A stretch of DNA of 64,000 nt from Octopus vulgaris (GCA_951406725.2 OX597823.1:65162001-65226000); one strand, 5' to 3'; positions 24,501-38,510 are shown, counted from the first letter of the stretch. Program-made: numbers and translations. Notes: generated by a model from the letters alone, not told the origin.

Positions 24501-24967
24501 TGATGTGTGTATATTGAATGCATATATATATATATATATATATATATAAGACAAGTTATAAATAATGTTCATTTCATATTTTTCCTTTATTAGAGTAAAT
24601 TTGGCTTACACCTATTTTCCACCATTCGTTATAGGTACATTACTGATAGGTTTACTCAATTGGTCTATTGGATCAGTTGAGAAAAATTGAACCACATAAA
24701 AAAATTAGGAAAAAACTGTTGGTATCCATATAAACATCAAGAAAATTTCTTGATGTGTTTATAAATACCAAGATTTTTTTCCTTCAGATATACTCGTTAT
24801 GTTATTTTTGCATAATCTGAAATAGAATACCCACGTATCTATTGAGAAATCCCCAAAACGGAACTATTAATAATTTCTGTTATAATATATTTTGTATATT
24901 TCTGGATAAATATATACAAATATATAATTTCAAGACACCACAGCACGATATGCAGATGCATATACAT

Positions 24968-25476
24968 GTGTTGTTGTGACCCCATTCGGTCATGAATGAC
25001 CATGGGATTGCACCTAGAAAAGTTACCCTTCGAGGCACAAGGTTGCTTATAGAAGACCAGCCGTCGCCCATGCATACCAGCCTCCCCTCTCCACGCTACC
25101 GATGTTATCCATGGGAAAGGCAAAGGCCGATACAACTTGGCGTCTGTGACGTCGCAGATCATTTTAATAACGTGCAAGTGGCCGAGCACTTCACACACAC
25201 GTGTACCCTTAAAGTAGTTCTCGGGGAGATTCAGCGTGATACAAAGTGTGACAAGGGTGGCCCTCTGAAATACAGGTACAACAGAAACAGGAAGAAAGAG
25301 TGAGAGAAAGTTGTGGTGAAAGATTACAGCAGAGTTCACCACCACACCCTGCCGGAACCTCGTGGAGCTTTAGGTGTTTTTGCTCAATAAACATTGACAA
25401 ATCCCGGTCTAGGAATCGAAACCGCGACCCTACGACGGTTACTCCGCTACCCTAACCACTGGGCCATTGCGCCTCC
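24968..25476 (-). mobile_element. tRNA-derived SINE family C with an alternative 3' tail
   Basis: Head GGAGGCGCAATGGCCCAGTGGTTAGGG (A box) and GGTTTCGATTCC (B box); body matches the 33587 and 58391 copies up to CACGTTA, then diverges. Confidence 0.85.
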
Positions 25477-25558
25477 ACACACACATACACGCACCATCCA
25501 TATATATATGGCAGCTGAGTGAAGTGGTGCAACGGGAAATTAAGCGTCTTGCTAAATG

Positions 25559-25603
<45 letters not shown>

Positions 25604-26471
25604 TATGTACATATATACACACGTATACACATATATACACATATATGCACACATATACATATATATGCATAGATAGACACACATATACATACATGGATTA
25701 ACACGCACACATATCCAAGAAAGAATTGTGAACTGCATTGGCAGAACCATTCATCAATCACACCTGCTGGCGCACATATTTACATATATGCACATATATC
25801 CCACCACTACTGAAAAACACATACACACTCATGCACACGCACACTAACGCACACGTTCTAAGACACACAAACGCATGCACATACGCACGCGTGGACACAA
25901 GCACGCATATACAAACACACACAATCCTCCAGTTTGTCCAGAGCTATAATGAAATAATTCAATTTCTTACTTCGATACAGTTGTAACAACTGTGAAGTAG
26001 TCTAGCGGTAACGTTACAGTTTGCTAATTGGTTCTGTAAACAGTAATTGGAAACACCGTAGTTTTACGCCTATCTATATATTAGCATCTTGAAATTACAT
26101 CATTTGCTACATCAACTGCCAGCAGTTATTGTTTAGCCGAAGTAAGACCCTGCTATTAATTCTCACGCTCTTTACTCACTGCCAACAACCACTAAAGCCA
26201 ATATATTTGCAGTTATCTCTTTACAGCTAGATAGTAACCTGTGTATAATGTTACTGTATTACATACACGGCTCTAGAGTATATATTGTGTCGGCAATCAG
26301 TCAACGAATGAACGAAAGATATGATCTATTAGAGCTCTGCAACTACTTTCAAACAAAAGGTTGGGGGAAGGAACCTTGAAGACAATAGACTGGAAAAGTG
26401 GAGAGATAAAATATTAAAGGAAAAAGTCGTAGAAACAATAATAAATACTAAACATGTCGCATTCGTTATTA

Positions 26472-26871
26472 CAGGTTGTCGTCGACTTACGACTACAATT
26501 GGTTACGACTGACTTGTCGTAAGTCGATTTGGTCGTAAGTCGGCCTATAGACCTACATAGCTTTATTTTATATTTTTACATTCTTAAGGTCCATCTCAGG
26601 TCACACACATCATTCTGTCTTATACTAATTATACTGGTGTTAGCAAAAAAATTCGGGGTCTCAAGCAGTCGTCTTAAAAACAAATATGAGTTTGCCTCGA
26701 TGTCTCTGCGACAAGATAGTCATTCCAACAAGGGGAAGCATTTCTTAGCTGATATCATTAACCCATTATATTTCAACTGGGTTATTCATTGTTGCTGCCG
26801 GAGCTGGCGCGCCAATCGTCGTAAAGTTGATCGGTCGTAAGTTGAATAGGTCGTAATTCGACGACGAACTG
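26472..26871. mobile_element. 400-bp Tigger/pogo-type MITE
   Basis: TIRs CAGGTTGTCGTCGACTTACGAC and (reverse complement) CAGTTCGTCGTCGAATTACGAC, TA on both sides, internal GTCGTAAGT subterminal repeats. Confidence 0.85.
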
Positions 26872-27135
26872 TATAGTCTGTCGTTAACATCATATAAATA
26901 CTAATAGCAGCAGCAGTAGTGATATTTTTTCAACTCCCATGGTAAGCTCTGAACCAGCATAAATATGATGACAGTGTTCCAGGTATGACCATCCCGTCTT
27001 CTTTTTTGACAATGTATCCAAAGCTAGCTGCATTCATGTCAAAATCGGAAATTGTAGCATGTGTTCAATTAAGTTCCTATTTCTCTTCTCTCCAGCAGGT
27101 TAGTCAACTTCATAGCGGCTCTTTACTTCTTTGAG

Positions 27136-27400
27136 TGGTAGTAGTATTTGTAGCAGCAGCTATAGAATTCATAGTAGTAGTAGTCGCTATAATATTTATA
27201 GCAACTGTAGTAGTAGTAGCAGAAGTAGTATGCGCTATAGTATTCATAGCAGCAGCAGTAGTAGTAGTAGTTGTAGTAGTAGTAGCAGCAGCAGTGGTAG
27301 CAATACTTATAGTAACAGCAGCAGCAGTAGTAGTAGTTGTAGTAACTATAGTATTCATACAAGTGATAGTAGCAGCAGCAGCAGAGCAGGAGCACAGCAG
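27136..27400. repeat. Degenerate (GTA/GCA)n trinucleotide array
   Basis: Directly visible; yields poly-S, poly-V/A, poly-T and poly-Y/C ORFs. Confidence 0.92.
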
Positions 27401-28379
27401 CATGGTTTATAGCATTTACATTTTGGCGGCGAATTAGCAAAGTTGTTAAAGCATTTGATACAATGCCACGCTGTATTTGTCATACCTCTTATGCATTGAG
27501 TCTAGATGCCTTGGGAGTCGATAAAAGTCACGGTGGATAAGTCAGCAAATTCCTTTTCGACATTTTTTTCGGGCATTTTGCTTTCTGACGACACTAATTC
27601 CAGGCTGTAACAGCCTTTGACGAATCTCGTTGACGTGAAGAGGGCAGATTTGCATACATGGGCAACTGCTAGAGTTCTTCAAAACGTCATGTCAGGTTCT
27701 GTACATGTTTTTGCAGATATATGGTAAACACTGGCCAATATTTACGCTAATAAATAACTTAAAACAATTCACAACTTCAAGCATACAAGGTAAAATGGCT
27801 AGAGCTTAGCCAAATGTTTCAATGTGTTTATTCTGAGTGTATGAGACTCCTCATGAGAACGGCATACCAGTTCGTGGCAGAGTCCACTCCTATGTATTAT
27901 TTACACTAATTTTCAGCTGAGTGCTCAGGAGTAGCGTGAAATGATATGCTTTGCTCAAGGTCAGAATGCACCATCATGCGCGAGAATTGAACCCGCTACC
28001 TGACGATAGTGAGCGAAACACCCTAACCACTATGTCGCGAGATTTCACCTCTAGCATAGAACAAGGAGTGGTGTGTTTAAGTTTTAAGTGATACAGAAAC
28101 TCTTATAGAAACTGAAGGCGATGAACTCACAGCATTTATTTCTAATTTGTGAACCGCGAGTTAGCTTTCCCGTTGACCGTTTTGAGAACTTCTGCAAAAG
28201 ATTGTTGCCTAGGTCAGTATATACACGAATAATTACATTGTCAGTATTGACCGGTGGTGGTCCAGGGTAAAACGTAGTAAAGATGTGAAGCATCACTTGA
28301 TATTTAAGTGGATCTGGAAAGTTAGAACACTAGAACTGTAACAGAAATTTTGACATGAAAATATTGTAAGAAGTATATT

Positions 28380-29000
28380 ATAATAATAATTTCTGTCAAG
28401 TGCTAGATACTTCTGTATGCTATTAATGATATGGTCGAGGACGATTATATCTGGAGAATTATCTTCAATCTGATATTGTGCTTATATTCTACCGAATCAA
28501 CTGCTGACTGTTTCAAAATCATGAGGTTACAGTCACTATACAGCACGAGAAATATTTCTGTATTGGCTGTGTAGAATATCAGATTTTCACATCAGTTATA
28601 TTTATAGTATTTTTTAAATATAAAGAGAGCACATCAAGAGGAATTCTTTGAAGACATTTACATATAATAGATAGAATTTTGAACGTTATCCTCGGATCAA
28701 TACTGAGCCAGTAAAGGTTTGCATAACAAGCAATCTTTGACACCTGCTATTAATATTTCTGCATCAGTAACATGCATTTACATCTTAGTAGCAATATCTT
28801 TCTACAAATGAATCTGACTGGTTCAACAATAGTTACACATTAGATAGAATCGAATCAAATCAAATAGCTTTAAGAATATATGTCTTTGGAATCAATATTC
28901 AACAGAAACAAATGGTATTTTTATTTCTTAAATTTACATTTTAAAGAAATCTAGTCTGAACTTTACTATGCATCAATAATGAAACGACGGTAAAATATTC
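28380..29000 (+). mobile_element. Possible highly decayed LINE reverse-transcriptase fragment
   Basis: Ordered remnants EVTVT (YADDVT-like), LTPAIN..ASV and LDRIESNQIALR (LExIQNxALR-like); many stops. Confidence 0.33.
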
Positions 29001-29855
29001 TATCATCTTTGAATGTTTTCGTTTTGTGTCAAGATATAAATTTTATATTATTACTTCGTCAATGTTTATTGCTTGCCTCCTTTCAACTATGATATATGCT
29101 ATTATATAGTTTGTGCCTGCAACGAGTTCATTAGAGCAAACGCTCTCTATTGTGCCCTTCTTTCGTGTACATTGTTTGAAAACTTGTATGAACCAACTAG
29201 AGAAAAGATGCTTTGTCGGATCAACTACCTCTTTGTCATAAATATGTTCGAACACAACTAAACCAAAGTTAATACCAATTCAATGGCTTTGGCTCCTTGA
29301 ACAATTATTTCTCTCTATTGTAATTTAATTTCACATACTTCAATTTCTATGAGCTTTTGTTGATATGCAAAAAAAGAATTCTTTTCTTAATGACGTAAAT
29401 ATGTATCTTTGTTTGAACAATTTAATTTTGAGGTGGAAATACAAATGCAAATGGTGATTTTGAAATCTTTTGTTCACCGTTTCGTGTCATATCAAGAGTT
29501 GTGCGTTGTTTTCCTGAACCCATGATAGCGGAAACTCGCTGTTGATGCGAAGTGCTGGCTTTACATAATTATGTCCGGTTAGGGTTTTACATAATTGTGT
29601 CAAAGGGATTGCATTAGACTCAAAAGATGGTCATACGCTTTTACAAAAAAGCGACGTGCTCTTACATAAAGCAGAGTGAAGACAAATGGAGGGAAATGCC
29701 CTGTGTGATAAATGTAAAATGTTTCAGTGTTGTGGAAACATTTAATCTGTAAATATTTTCATCCATTCTTTTATTTACTTCAGTCAGTGGACTCAGAACA
29801 CGCTGGCACACCGTTTCGAAGTAAATAGACAAACCCAGAAATTGTTTTAAGACTA

Positions 29856-29981
29856 CAGGATGATTCAAAAGTCACCATGCATAGGAAAAATTAATTTTTT
29901 ATAAGAAACAGCTAAATAAAAAAAATGTTTCTTATAAAAAAATAAATTGTTCTTATGTATGGCGACTTTTGAATCAACCTG
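29856..29981. mobile_element. 126-bp hairpin MITE (Tc1/mariner type)
   Basis: CAGGATGATTCAAAAGTCACCATGCATAGGAA versus the reverse complement of the right end, CAGGTTGATTCAAAAGTCGCCATACATAAGAA; TA flanks. Confidence 0.85.
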
Positions 29982-29996
29982 TAGTATATATATATG

Positions 29997-30210
29997 TATA
30001 TATACCAATTAAGGACTGAACACGAAAAGTGGACAGTCAACATGCTAGATATAGACGTCAAATCGCCATTCTCCACAAAAGATTATGTTCTCAGATCAAA
30101 CTTGAGTTTGATCTGAGAACATAATCTTTTGTGGAGAATGGCGATTTGACGTCTATATCTAGCATGTTGACTGTCCACTTTTCGTGTTCAGTCCTTAATT
30201 GGTATATATA
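29997..30210. repeat. Perfect palindrome: 106-bp arms with a 2-nt spacer
   Basis: 29997-30102 is the exact reverse complement of 30105-30210; centre TG at 30103-30104. Confidence 0.95.
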
Positions 30211-30315
30211 AATATTTTAATCTTCGGATTCTTTTTTAATATGCTAGACCACTGGTCTTAATTAATAAATATCAATTTCTACCCTTAATTAATTTTATAT
30301 ATGTATATATATATA

Positions 30316-30695
30316 GGCGCTGGAGTAGCTGTGTGGTAAGTTGCTTACTTAACAACCACATAGTTCCGGGTTCAGTCCCACTGCGTGGCATCTTGGTTAA
30401 ATGTCTTCTGCTATAGCCTCGGGCCGACCAATGCCTTGTGAGTGGATTTGGTAGACGGAAACTGAAAGAAGCCTGTCATATATATCTATGTGTCTGTGTT
30501 TGTCCCCCCTAACATTGCTTAACAACCGATGGTGGTGTGTTTACGTCCCCGTAACTTAGCGGTTCGGCAAAAGAGACCGATAGAATAAGTACTGGGCTTA
30601 CAAAGAATAAGTCCCGGGGTCGATTTGCTCGACTAAAGGCGGTGCGCCAACATGGCCGCAGTCAAATGACTGAAACAAGTAAAAAAAAATAGAGA
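30316..30695 (+). mobile_element. SINE family A (tRNA-derived, CORE-like), full length
   Basis: A box TAGCTGTGTGG, B box GGTTCAGTCCC, core-like CTTGGTTAAATGTCTT, internal TA/TG tract, tail AAATGACTGAAACAAGTAAAA; many copies in the window. Confidence 0.92.
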
Positions 30696-30714
30696 ATATA
30701 TATATATATATATT

Positions 30715-30930
30715 ACATAAGAACAATTTCAACATGTGACCGCGTGTGTATCGTTGGCAATTTTCTTTCTCCGTCTTCCCTTCCTTGGACCTTTCCTATT
30801 TCTATGCTTCTGACGAAGAGCTCCGCTCGAATCGTTAAATCCTCCTTCTTTCTTCCTTTTCCTAAGCGTCCAATAACACCATATGTGTTCCACGCCGTCG
30901 CGTTGTTGTGTTTTATCTTCATGTTTGGAT
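30715..30930 (+). mobile_element. About 200-bp Penelope-derived-like element (family P1) with a hammerhead-like motif at 30806-30840
   Basis: CTGACGA-A-GAGC TCC GCTC-GAATCGTT; homologous to 36815-37018 and 56925-57109; flanked by (TA)n/(CA)n. Confidence 0.7.
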
Positions 30931-30997
<67 letters not shown>

Positions 30998-31009
30998 GAG
31001 ACATGTGTG

Positions 31010-31210
31010 TGTATGTGTTTGTCCATTCCTAATTCTTGACAACTGGTGTTTCTATTCCTATGTTCCCCATAACTTAGCGGTTTGGCAACAGAGATTGAAA
31101 AATAAGTATCAGGCTTTAAAATAGCACTGTACTGGGGTAGATTCGTTCGACTAAATATTTCAAAGACGTGCCCCAGCATAGCCGCGGTCTAATGAGTGAA
31201 ACAAGGAAAA
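31010..31210 (+). mobile_element. SINE family A 3' half, degenerate
   Basis: CTTGACAACTGGTG..AACTTAGCGGTTTGGCAA..CCCCAGCATAGCCGC. Confidence 0.75.
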
Positions 31211-32272
31211 GTTTAGCGATAAAGGATATCAAAATTATCAAGTATATAAAGGATGTCAAAATTTACAGCTATAGCAAAGCATTGCAATTTGAAAAAATTA
31301 ATAAAATTAAAAGAGTAAAATAAGACAAATATTAAAATATCAACGGTGACTGAAAACATAGACAATCCTAAAAGAATAAAATAAGAAAGAAATTAAGAAA
31401 AACATTTTTCTAATATTAAAAGTTATTAGAAATTAAAAGTAAAATTATATAAAAATACCTGCAAAAATATCAAGTTGAACTATGTTAGGAGCACCATTTA
31501 TGCGTGGGGTTGAAAAAATTCGTAATAAGGGCAATAATGACACATCCTATATGATAAAAAATATAAAATGTTTACTATTAGAAAGAAAACAGAGCAAGGA
31601 TTAAATACGCACAATGTGTTGGAGTAGGTTTCTAGTGATAGATCTTTACTAATACTGTATAAATTCGTTATGGCTGCACTTGAGAATCAACTCCTGACAT
31701 GTCTCATAGGATGCCCTAAATATATATATTATCATTTCGAGCTACGAATTTGAATCGTTTTCAAATAACCAGCTGAGACTAGTTTTGATATTTGCCAGAT
31801 GCTGTCAGTATGAAGGTAAATCTCAACATACTTTTTACTGCCCAACTGTTTGGATAACGTAAATCTGTTGATAACCTTCTGAAGAAAAACAGGGGAAAAT
31901 AATAAACGTCTGCCACTCACATATAGCGAGTCGGTTTACCATTGCTAATCGTTAATATGGTGATACTAACATTTTTCATGTATTTACTGTAGATTGCACA
32001 GTTGATTGGTAAGCTACGATTGCATTTGGTTTCAATAGGCTTTATTTAATTTGGTTCAATATTTTGTAATTATTTTGTATCAAAATGCAATTCCTGTAAT
32101 CCTACGGAGGATATTAATATAATCACAAATGAAGATTTTAACAGATGAAATTAAAGCTACGTTTAGACAAGATGAGGTAAAATTTCAATTTCTCAGGAGA
32201 CATGATAAGGAAAATATTGTCAATTACCTGCTCCCCCACCCACGCAAAAAAATCTCGTAAAGAACAACTAAT

Positions 32273-32335
<63 letters not shown>

Positions 32336-33586
32336 ATATATTCGCTTAATAAAGATTGCTTTTTTTGTATTAATACTGCTTCTGTCGCTATACATACACA
32401 CGTACATACATATACTTCGTTTTTGTATTTAGTTTGTAAGACTCTTAAAGGGAATCCGTATGTTGAAACAAATCTTTTATCTTGGGGTGGTGGGGTCGTT
32501 ATGCTTACTATAATATATTATAAACTCGCGCATTGATAATTATCACTTCTTCATTGTTCGTCAATCGGTGAAATATCTACCCAACTAGCTAATCCATCGT
32601 TTGTTTAAATTGTTGGTTAAAATATCACACCCAACAACAATATATATACTGCAACAAAAGATATATATCACACAAAATAAACCGCTTAACTGAAATTACC
32701 AGCCAGCCAGCCAGTCAGCCAAATGATCTTTGTGATGGTTCAAGTAGTACATACATACATACATATATGCGTGCATATATACATATATACATACATGCTT
32801 ACACATGCGCGCGCACAAACACACGGAAATACGCCCCCCCACACACTCATGTATATATAACGGTTTTGTATATGTCAGACAACATTCCCCAATTTGTTTT
32901 AAACCAGCTTTAAAAAATCGAGTGAAATATGATGAAGACACACACAAAAAAAAAAAATAAAGAAAATTACTTAACTGAATTATAAACAAAATTGGATGTA
33001 AGGTGATAGTACATTGGTGATGAAATACCTCACTGTTAATTGTAATAAGATCTTAGAAAACTCTGTAATGACACGACTCAGTGATGGATTTAATCAAAGA
33101 ATTCGGTAACGGTTGTAATGTAATAACTACACAGTCGCACTTCTGATAAACGTGTGGTAATTTTTAATTAAACAGAGGAGTGTTTTTCTATATACATTGT
33201 TAGTTTATGGAAACAACACACTGTGAACTGACAAGCAGTGTTATAAACCACATAAACAAGGCTGTTCCCTAGGAACCAACGATACTGCTTTTTTAACCCA
33301 AGGATGATACCTCCTCTAGCTGGTTATGTAGTGCACCCCACACTCGATATATATTGCAAGCGGGGAGAGAACTCTCAACTATTTCAGCACCGGTTTCTAC
33401 ATTCTTATAATCTTCTTCAGTGATGGATACTCGTCCGATAGACATATCAGTAGTTCCCTCTAGCTCGCAATAAATAGAAAAGTAAATGACACACAATCAC
33501 TGATCTTGAACAAATTTTACCATGGCGATACTTGAAATATGAGGATATATTTCAAATTTATTTAAACAGTGTTAGTGGGGAATAGC

Positions 33587-33962
33587 TGTCGTAGGATCGC
33601 GGTTTCGGTTTCGATTCCCAGACCGGGCGTTGTGAGTGTTTATTGAGCGAAAACACCTAAAGCTCCACGAGGCTCCGGCAGGGATGGTGGTGATCCCTGC
33701 TGTACTCTTTCACCACAACTTTCTCTCACTCTTACTTCCTGTTTCTGTTGTACCTGTATTTCAAAGGGCCGGCCTTTTTCACTCTCTGTGTCACGCTGAA
33801 TATCCCCATGAACTACGTTAAGGGTACACGTGTCTGTGGAATGCTCAGCCACTTACACGTTAATTTCACGAGCAGGCTGTTCCGTTGATCGGATCAACCG
33901 GAACCCTCGTCGTCGTAACCGACGTAGTGCTTCCATATATATATATATATATATATATCCTT
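33587..33962 (+). mobile_element. 5'-truncated SINE family C with (TA)n tail and 11-bp target-site duplication
   Basis: TGGGGAATAGC at 33576-33586 and 33963-33973; body highly similar to the reverse complement of 58394-58740. Confidence 0.92.
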
Positions 33963-34049
33963 TGGGGAATAGCAAGAAAAAACGTAAGATGTGTTCGAAA
34001 TAATTGAGGAGCAAATATCACTTTTAATTTACATGCCATTATCATTTCT

Positions 34050-34400
34050 TTTCTCTTTTACTTGGTGTCAGTCATTAGACTGCGGTCATGCTGGGGTATC
34101 ACCTTCAAGAATTTTTATTCTAGTGTGTCGACCCCAGTAGTTACTGTTTAAAAGTCTGGTACTTATTTTATCGGTTCCTCTTCGCCGAACTGCTAAGTTA
34201 CAGGGACGTAAACATCCCCGCACCGATTGTCAAGATATACATATATGAATATATATACAACGGGATTCTTTCAGTTTCCATCTACCAAATCCACTCACAA
34301 GGCTTTGGTCGAACAGAAGCTATAATGTTGCCACGCACTGGGACTGAACCTCCCGAGCCATGTGATTGGAACGAAAGTTTCTTATCTCACAGCCACACCT
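34050..34400 (-). mobile_element. SINE family A
   Basis: CAGTCATTAGACTGCGGTCATGCTGGGG..TCAGTTTCCATCTACCAAATCCACTCACAAGGCTTTGGTC..GGGACTGAACC. Confidence 0.85.
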
Positions 34401-35038
34401 GGATACTTTATGACAATTGCTAGTGCAATATATAAAAGCAAAGAAAATTACTTATATAGCTGATAATAAATATACAATATCAGGTGACGTTCTAGTACAA
34501 TGTTCGAGTGAGTGAGGAAATGGAGGAACTATTGTATCAGTGGATGACACTAAGCCGGCTGTCTACAGCAGTATTATCATAAACGAAGTAAAAAAAAATA
34601 CCGGCAGTGTTGAAATTGATAATTAGTTGGCATTCTATTAAACTAGTTAGTAATAAAGCAAGCTCTATCAGTATTTATCACTAAGAAAAGGTGTTATATA
34701 AGATAATTGAAGTTAAGCCTCGATTTAGACAATGAGAAAATGTAGTATTCGTAATAAAAAGGATAAATAATTGACACTGATAAGTGTTAACTGTTTGGTA
34801 GTTATATATGGCTTCAACCTGTTAGGATAGATTAACAGATTCAATTGTTGACATGTTTTGTTTTGAACATGACTTGTGGACAAATTTTATCTTGTTTTCA
34901 CTAAAAGTTAAGAAGTAATTTAACGAAGACTTGTATTTCGAAATCTCCTCCGTTATACGGAGTAGACAGAGTGTGTAGATGTTAATTTAGGTGGTACTTT
35001 ATATAAGAAGTATATCTATTTATATGCATATATATGTG

Positions 35039-35070
<32 letters not shown>

Positions 35071-35917
35071 CGTATAAAATATAACAAATACAAAAGTGGG
35101 ACAAGAACTCAAAATATCCAGACAGTTGGGTGATACAAAAAAAGGGACAACAAAGCATCCACACAGACAATACAAAGGAAACAAGGACGGGTCATTCGGA
35201 GTTTTCTTTCGGAGTTTTCTTTCCAGATTATCTTTGCAATTTCGGCTGGTTATACTTGAGATTGCTCCAATATGGCCAGCTCCAAGGGAAAACTAAGCTA
35301 AAAGCACTAGATTCCTAGGAAGAAAGCAGCGAATTTATACAAAAACAAGGACGGAAATGAAGGGAAATATGGTACACAAATAAAAATAACAGGACATAAC
35401 AACGGGTGTCTTTCGACTAAGGACGAATTAAATTAAGCTGGCGTGTATGGAAGTAAAGACTTACGACAGGGACATAAGATTTGACTGGCGCAGAGAGGAA
35501 TATAGATGTTGTACGGATGGTAGTCAAACCAAGAAAGAAAGGTCAGGCTTGGCCGAACACCGGTCACGTGAGGAGATAAGAGAGAGAGGTAGGGGCCGAA
35601 GGATAGAAGAATTAAGGAGAGGCGAGAAAAGATGAAAGGGAGAGAGTGAAGTGAAAGAAGGAAGGTGAGCATGACGGTCAAAGAATGTGAGAGACGGGGA
35701 ACGAAAGAACGAAGAGTGGAATGTACGAAGAGTGAAGGGGCTGACAGAAAGAATAATAGAGTCGTACGAAATTTAGATTTATATATACTTACATATAAGG
35801 GACCAAAGTGTACGTACGCCGCTATATTTCAAATATAAAAAATACAAAATTGGGACAAGAACGCAAAAGATCCAGGCAGTTGGGTGATACAAAAAAGGGG
35901 ACCTTGCAATTTCAATT

Positions 35918-35961
<44 letters not shown>

Positions 35962-36047
35962 CAAAGTGAAATTGCAAGGTACCGCAAGAGTGAAAATATT
36001 GAGGAAAGAGAATTTGAAAATGCAAGGTCTTTTAAAGATGTTTATTG

Positions 36048-36086
36048 ACTTGACCGGTTTCATTTAAAAAAACGATTTTCAAAAGT
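36048..36086 (-). ncRNA. Hammerhead-like motif, U3-A8 variant, weak helix II
   Basis: actt-TTGAAAA-tc gttt tttt aaat-GAA-ACCGGT-C-aagt: helix I actt/aagt, palindromic helix III ACCGGT, GUC triplet. Confidence 0.55.
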
Positions 36087-36421
36087 AAACTATAAAGTTT
36101 GTGTAGCCTTTGTAGCATTAGAAAATGGTTATCATAGACGTATTAAAATACAGTAATACAGTCTTTGACAATGAGAAGAAAATATTAAGAAATGGAATCG
36201 TTGACAATGATAAGAAAATATTAAGAGGGGCTTTTTGTTTAAACAGCTTACATAAAAGTGTTCAAACTAGGTAGTAAAATGAATTCATGATTATTTATAA
36301 GTTCATCAAAAATCATGATTGTATAGAAGTATATATACAGAAAGACTTTGTAGACAGTATTTGATAGGAGAAAGCGTGTATTGCTTCGTCAAAACTTCAT
36401 CAGAAATCATATTTATGCATT

Positions 36422-36473
<52 letters not shown>

Positions 36474-36814
36474 GACTGTATATATATATATATTGTACTG
36501 ATAAAATACAATAAGCGGGTACAGCATTCAGTGATTTATTGAACATACACGCGTTTCAACAACGTGTAGTAGTATTTCAAGATATTTTTGTGAAATTTTG
36601 GTAAATATATGTGATAAAATGAGATGTCAGTGTTAACTTCATGGTTGCATAATTTAGACGACAATTATATGTATATATATATACACACAAAATGTGGGGG
36701 ATTAGTTCACATCTTGCCTTAACGTTTTTTTATCTTCTTTAACAAGTACACATACCCACACAGATATAAATCTATATTTATATATATATTTGAATACATA
36801 CATATATATATATA

Positions 36815-37018
36815 AAGTTAATCCAAACAAGAAAACACAAAAAATACAACAACGCGAGGACGTGAAACAAATATATTATTATTGGACGCTCAGGAAAGAA
36901 GGGAAGAAGGAGGGTTTAACGTTTCAAGCGGAGCTCTTCGTCGCAAACATAGGAGAAGGAAAGATCCAGAGAAGGGAAGACAGAGGAAAAAAATCGCCAA
37001 CGGTACACTCGAGGTTAT
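36815..37018 (-). mobile_element. Family P1 element with a hammerhead-like motif at 36914-36948
   Basis: Reverse complement gttt-GCGACGA-A-GAGC TCC GCTT-GAAACGTT-aaac; both ends in (TA)n. Confidence 0.72.
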
Positions 37019-37022
37019 ATTT

Positions 37023-37085
<63 letters not shown>

Positions 37086-37437
37086 AAGTACGTATATATA
37101 TATGTAGATCGTACTAATAAAATACAGAAAGCGGGTTCGTTCTTACGATCGCAGATTACTGTTTATGAAATTCTAATCAATTCTTACACAAAATTGGCTA
37201 GTTCATTGTAAAATATTTTGACAGATACAAACACTTTGGTAGGTAGAAGAAAAGAATAAAGGAGGTAGGAACAAGCACAATACCACTTTGCTTTACATAC
37301 TGCTATTCACACTCAACAGCATACACATTCTGTCACACTTCTAGATTACTTCTACGAGCTTTCACAAAGTGTTACTTTATGCAGTAGTAATGGCAGAAAT
37401 TCTAGAGTGTAATATTTATTATACTAAAGATGAATAT

Positions 37438-37493
<56 letters not shown>

Positions 37494-37999
37494 GGGGGGG
37501 GGGGTGCGCCCCCGTGTGTGTCTGTGTATTAAGAATGAAGTCAAACTATGTAATATTTTGAGTGCATTTAAAACGTACGCTTCACATCATTTCTCAATAG
37601 ATTTAAAAATACAAGAAATTCATCATTTAGGCAAAACCTTCGGTGAAGAAATTTCAAAATTTGATAAAAGCCGATCGCTTAATGAGAAGCACGTTGGATT
37701 ATCTTTGAAAATGCTAAAATGTGAAACAGGTTGTTGATTATCTAAAATACACAGATTCCACTTGCGTACGTGCTATGCAAGTCAAATTGGTAGTGCTCTG
37801 TTTGTGCAAAACTATAATAAATGGAATTGGCATGACTGCAGTTTTAGCTATAGTGTTAAGAAATGCGATCCATGACGGAGTGAATCTGAATTTAATAACA
37901 CAATGGGACACACGGAGAAGTATTTTGTGTAAGAATTGATTAGAATTTCATAAACAGTAATTGTGCTTCTCCAACATTCTCATATATTCTCTTATGTTT

Positions 38000-38510
38000 T
38001 TTACTCTTTCACTTGTTTCAGTCAATTTGATTGCGGGTTGTCAAGCGATGGTGGTGGGAACAAAAACACACACACGCACACACATACACACATGTATGTA
38101 TGTATATATGTGTATGTGTGTATATATATACTTACAGGCCGGGATTCTTTCAGTTTCCGGTCTACCAAATCCACTGCACAGGCTTTGTTCAGCCGAAGCT
38201 ATAATAGAAGCCACTTGCCTTAGGTGCCAGGCAATGGGAATCAACCCGGAATGATGTGGTTGGGAGGCGAGCTTCTTACCACACAGCCACACAAACGTAT
38301 ACACACACACACTCGCACACACACATATATATATATATATACATGTATACGACTGGCTTCATTCGGTTTCCGTCTACGAAATCCACTCACAAGGATTTGG
38401 TCGGTCCGTGGGTATAGTGGAAGGTACTTGCCCAATATGCAACGCAGTGGCACTGAACACGGAACCGTGTGGTTGGGAAGCAAGCTCTTTACCACACAGC
38501 CACGCCTGCA
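38000..38510 (-). mobile_element. Two adjacent SINE family A copies (partial)
   Basis: Two occurrences of TTTCC(G)GTCTAC..AAATCCACT..CTT(C)TTACCACACAGCCAC. Confidence 0.82.

Noticed and set aside
26472-26871. Repeated GTCGTAAGT motifs resembling a regularly spaced array
   Set aside because: These are subterminal repeats of a MITE in eukaryotic DNA, with no repeat-spacer regularity and no cas genes.
33380-33422. Minus-strand CTGAAGA..GAAACCGGTG hammerhead-like string
   Set aside because: G at the cleavage position and no credible helix II; probably chance.
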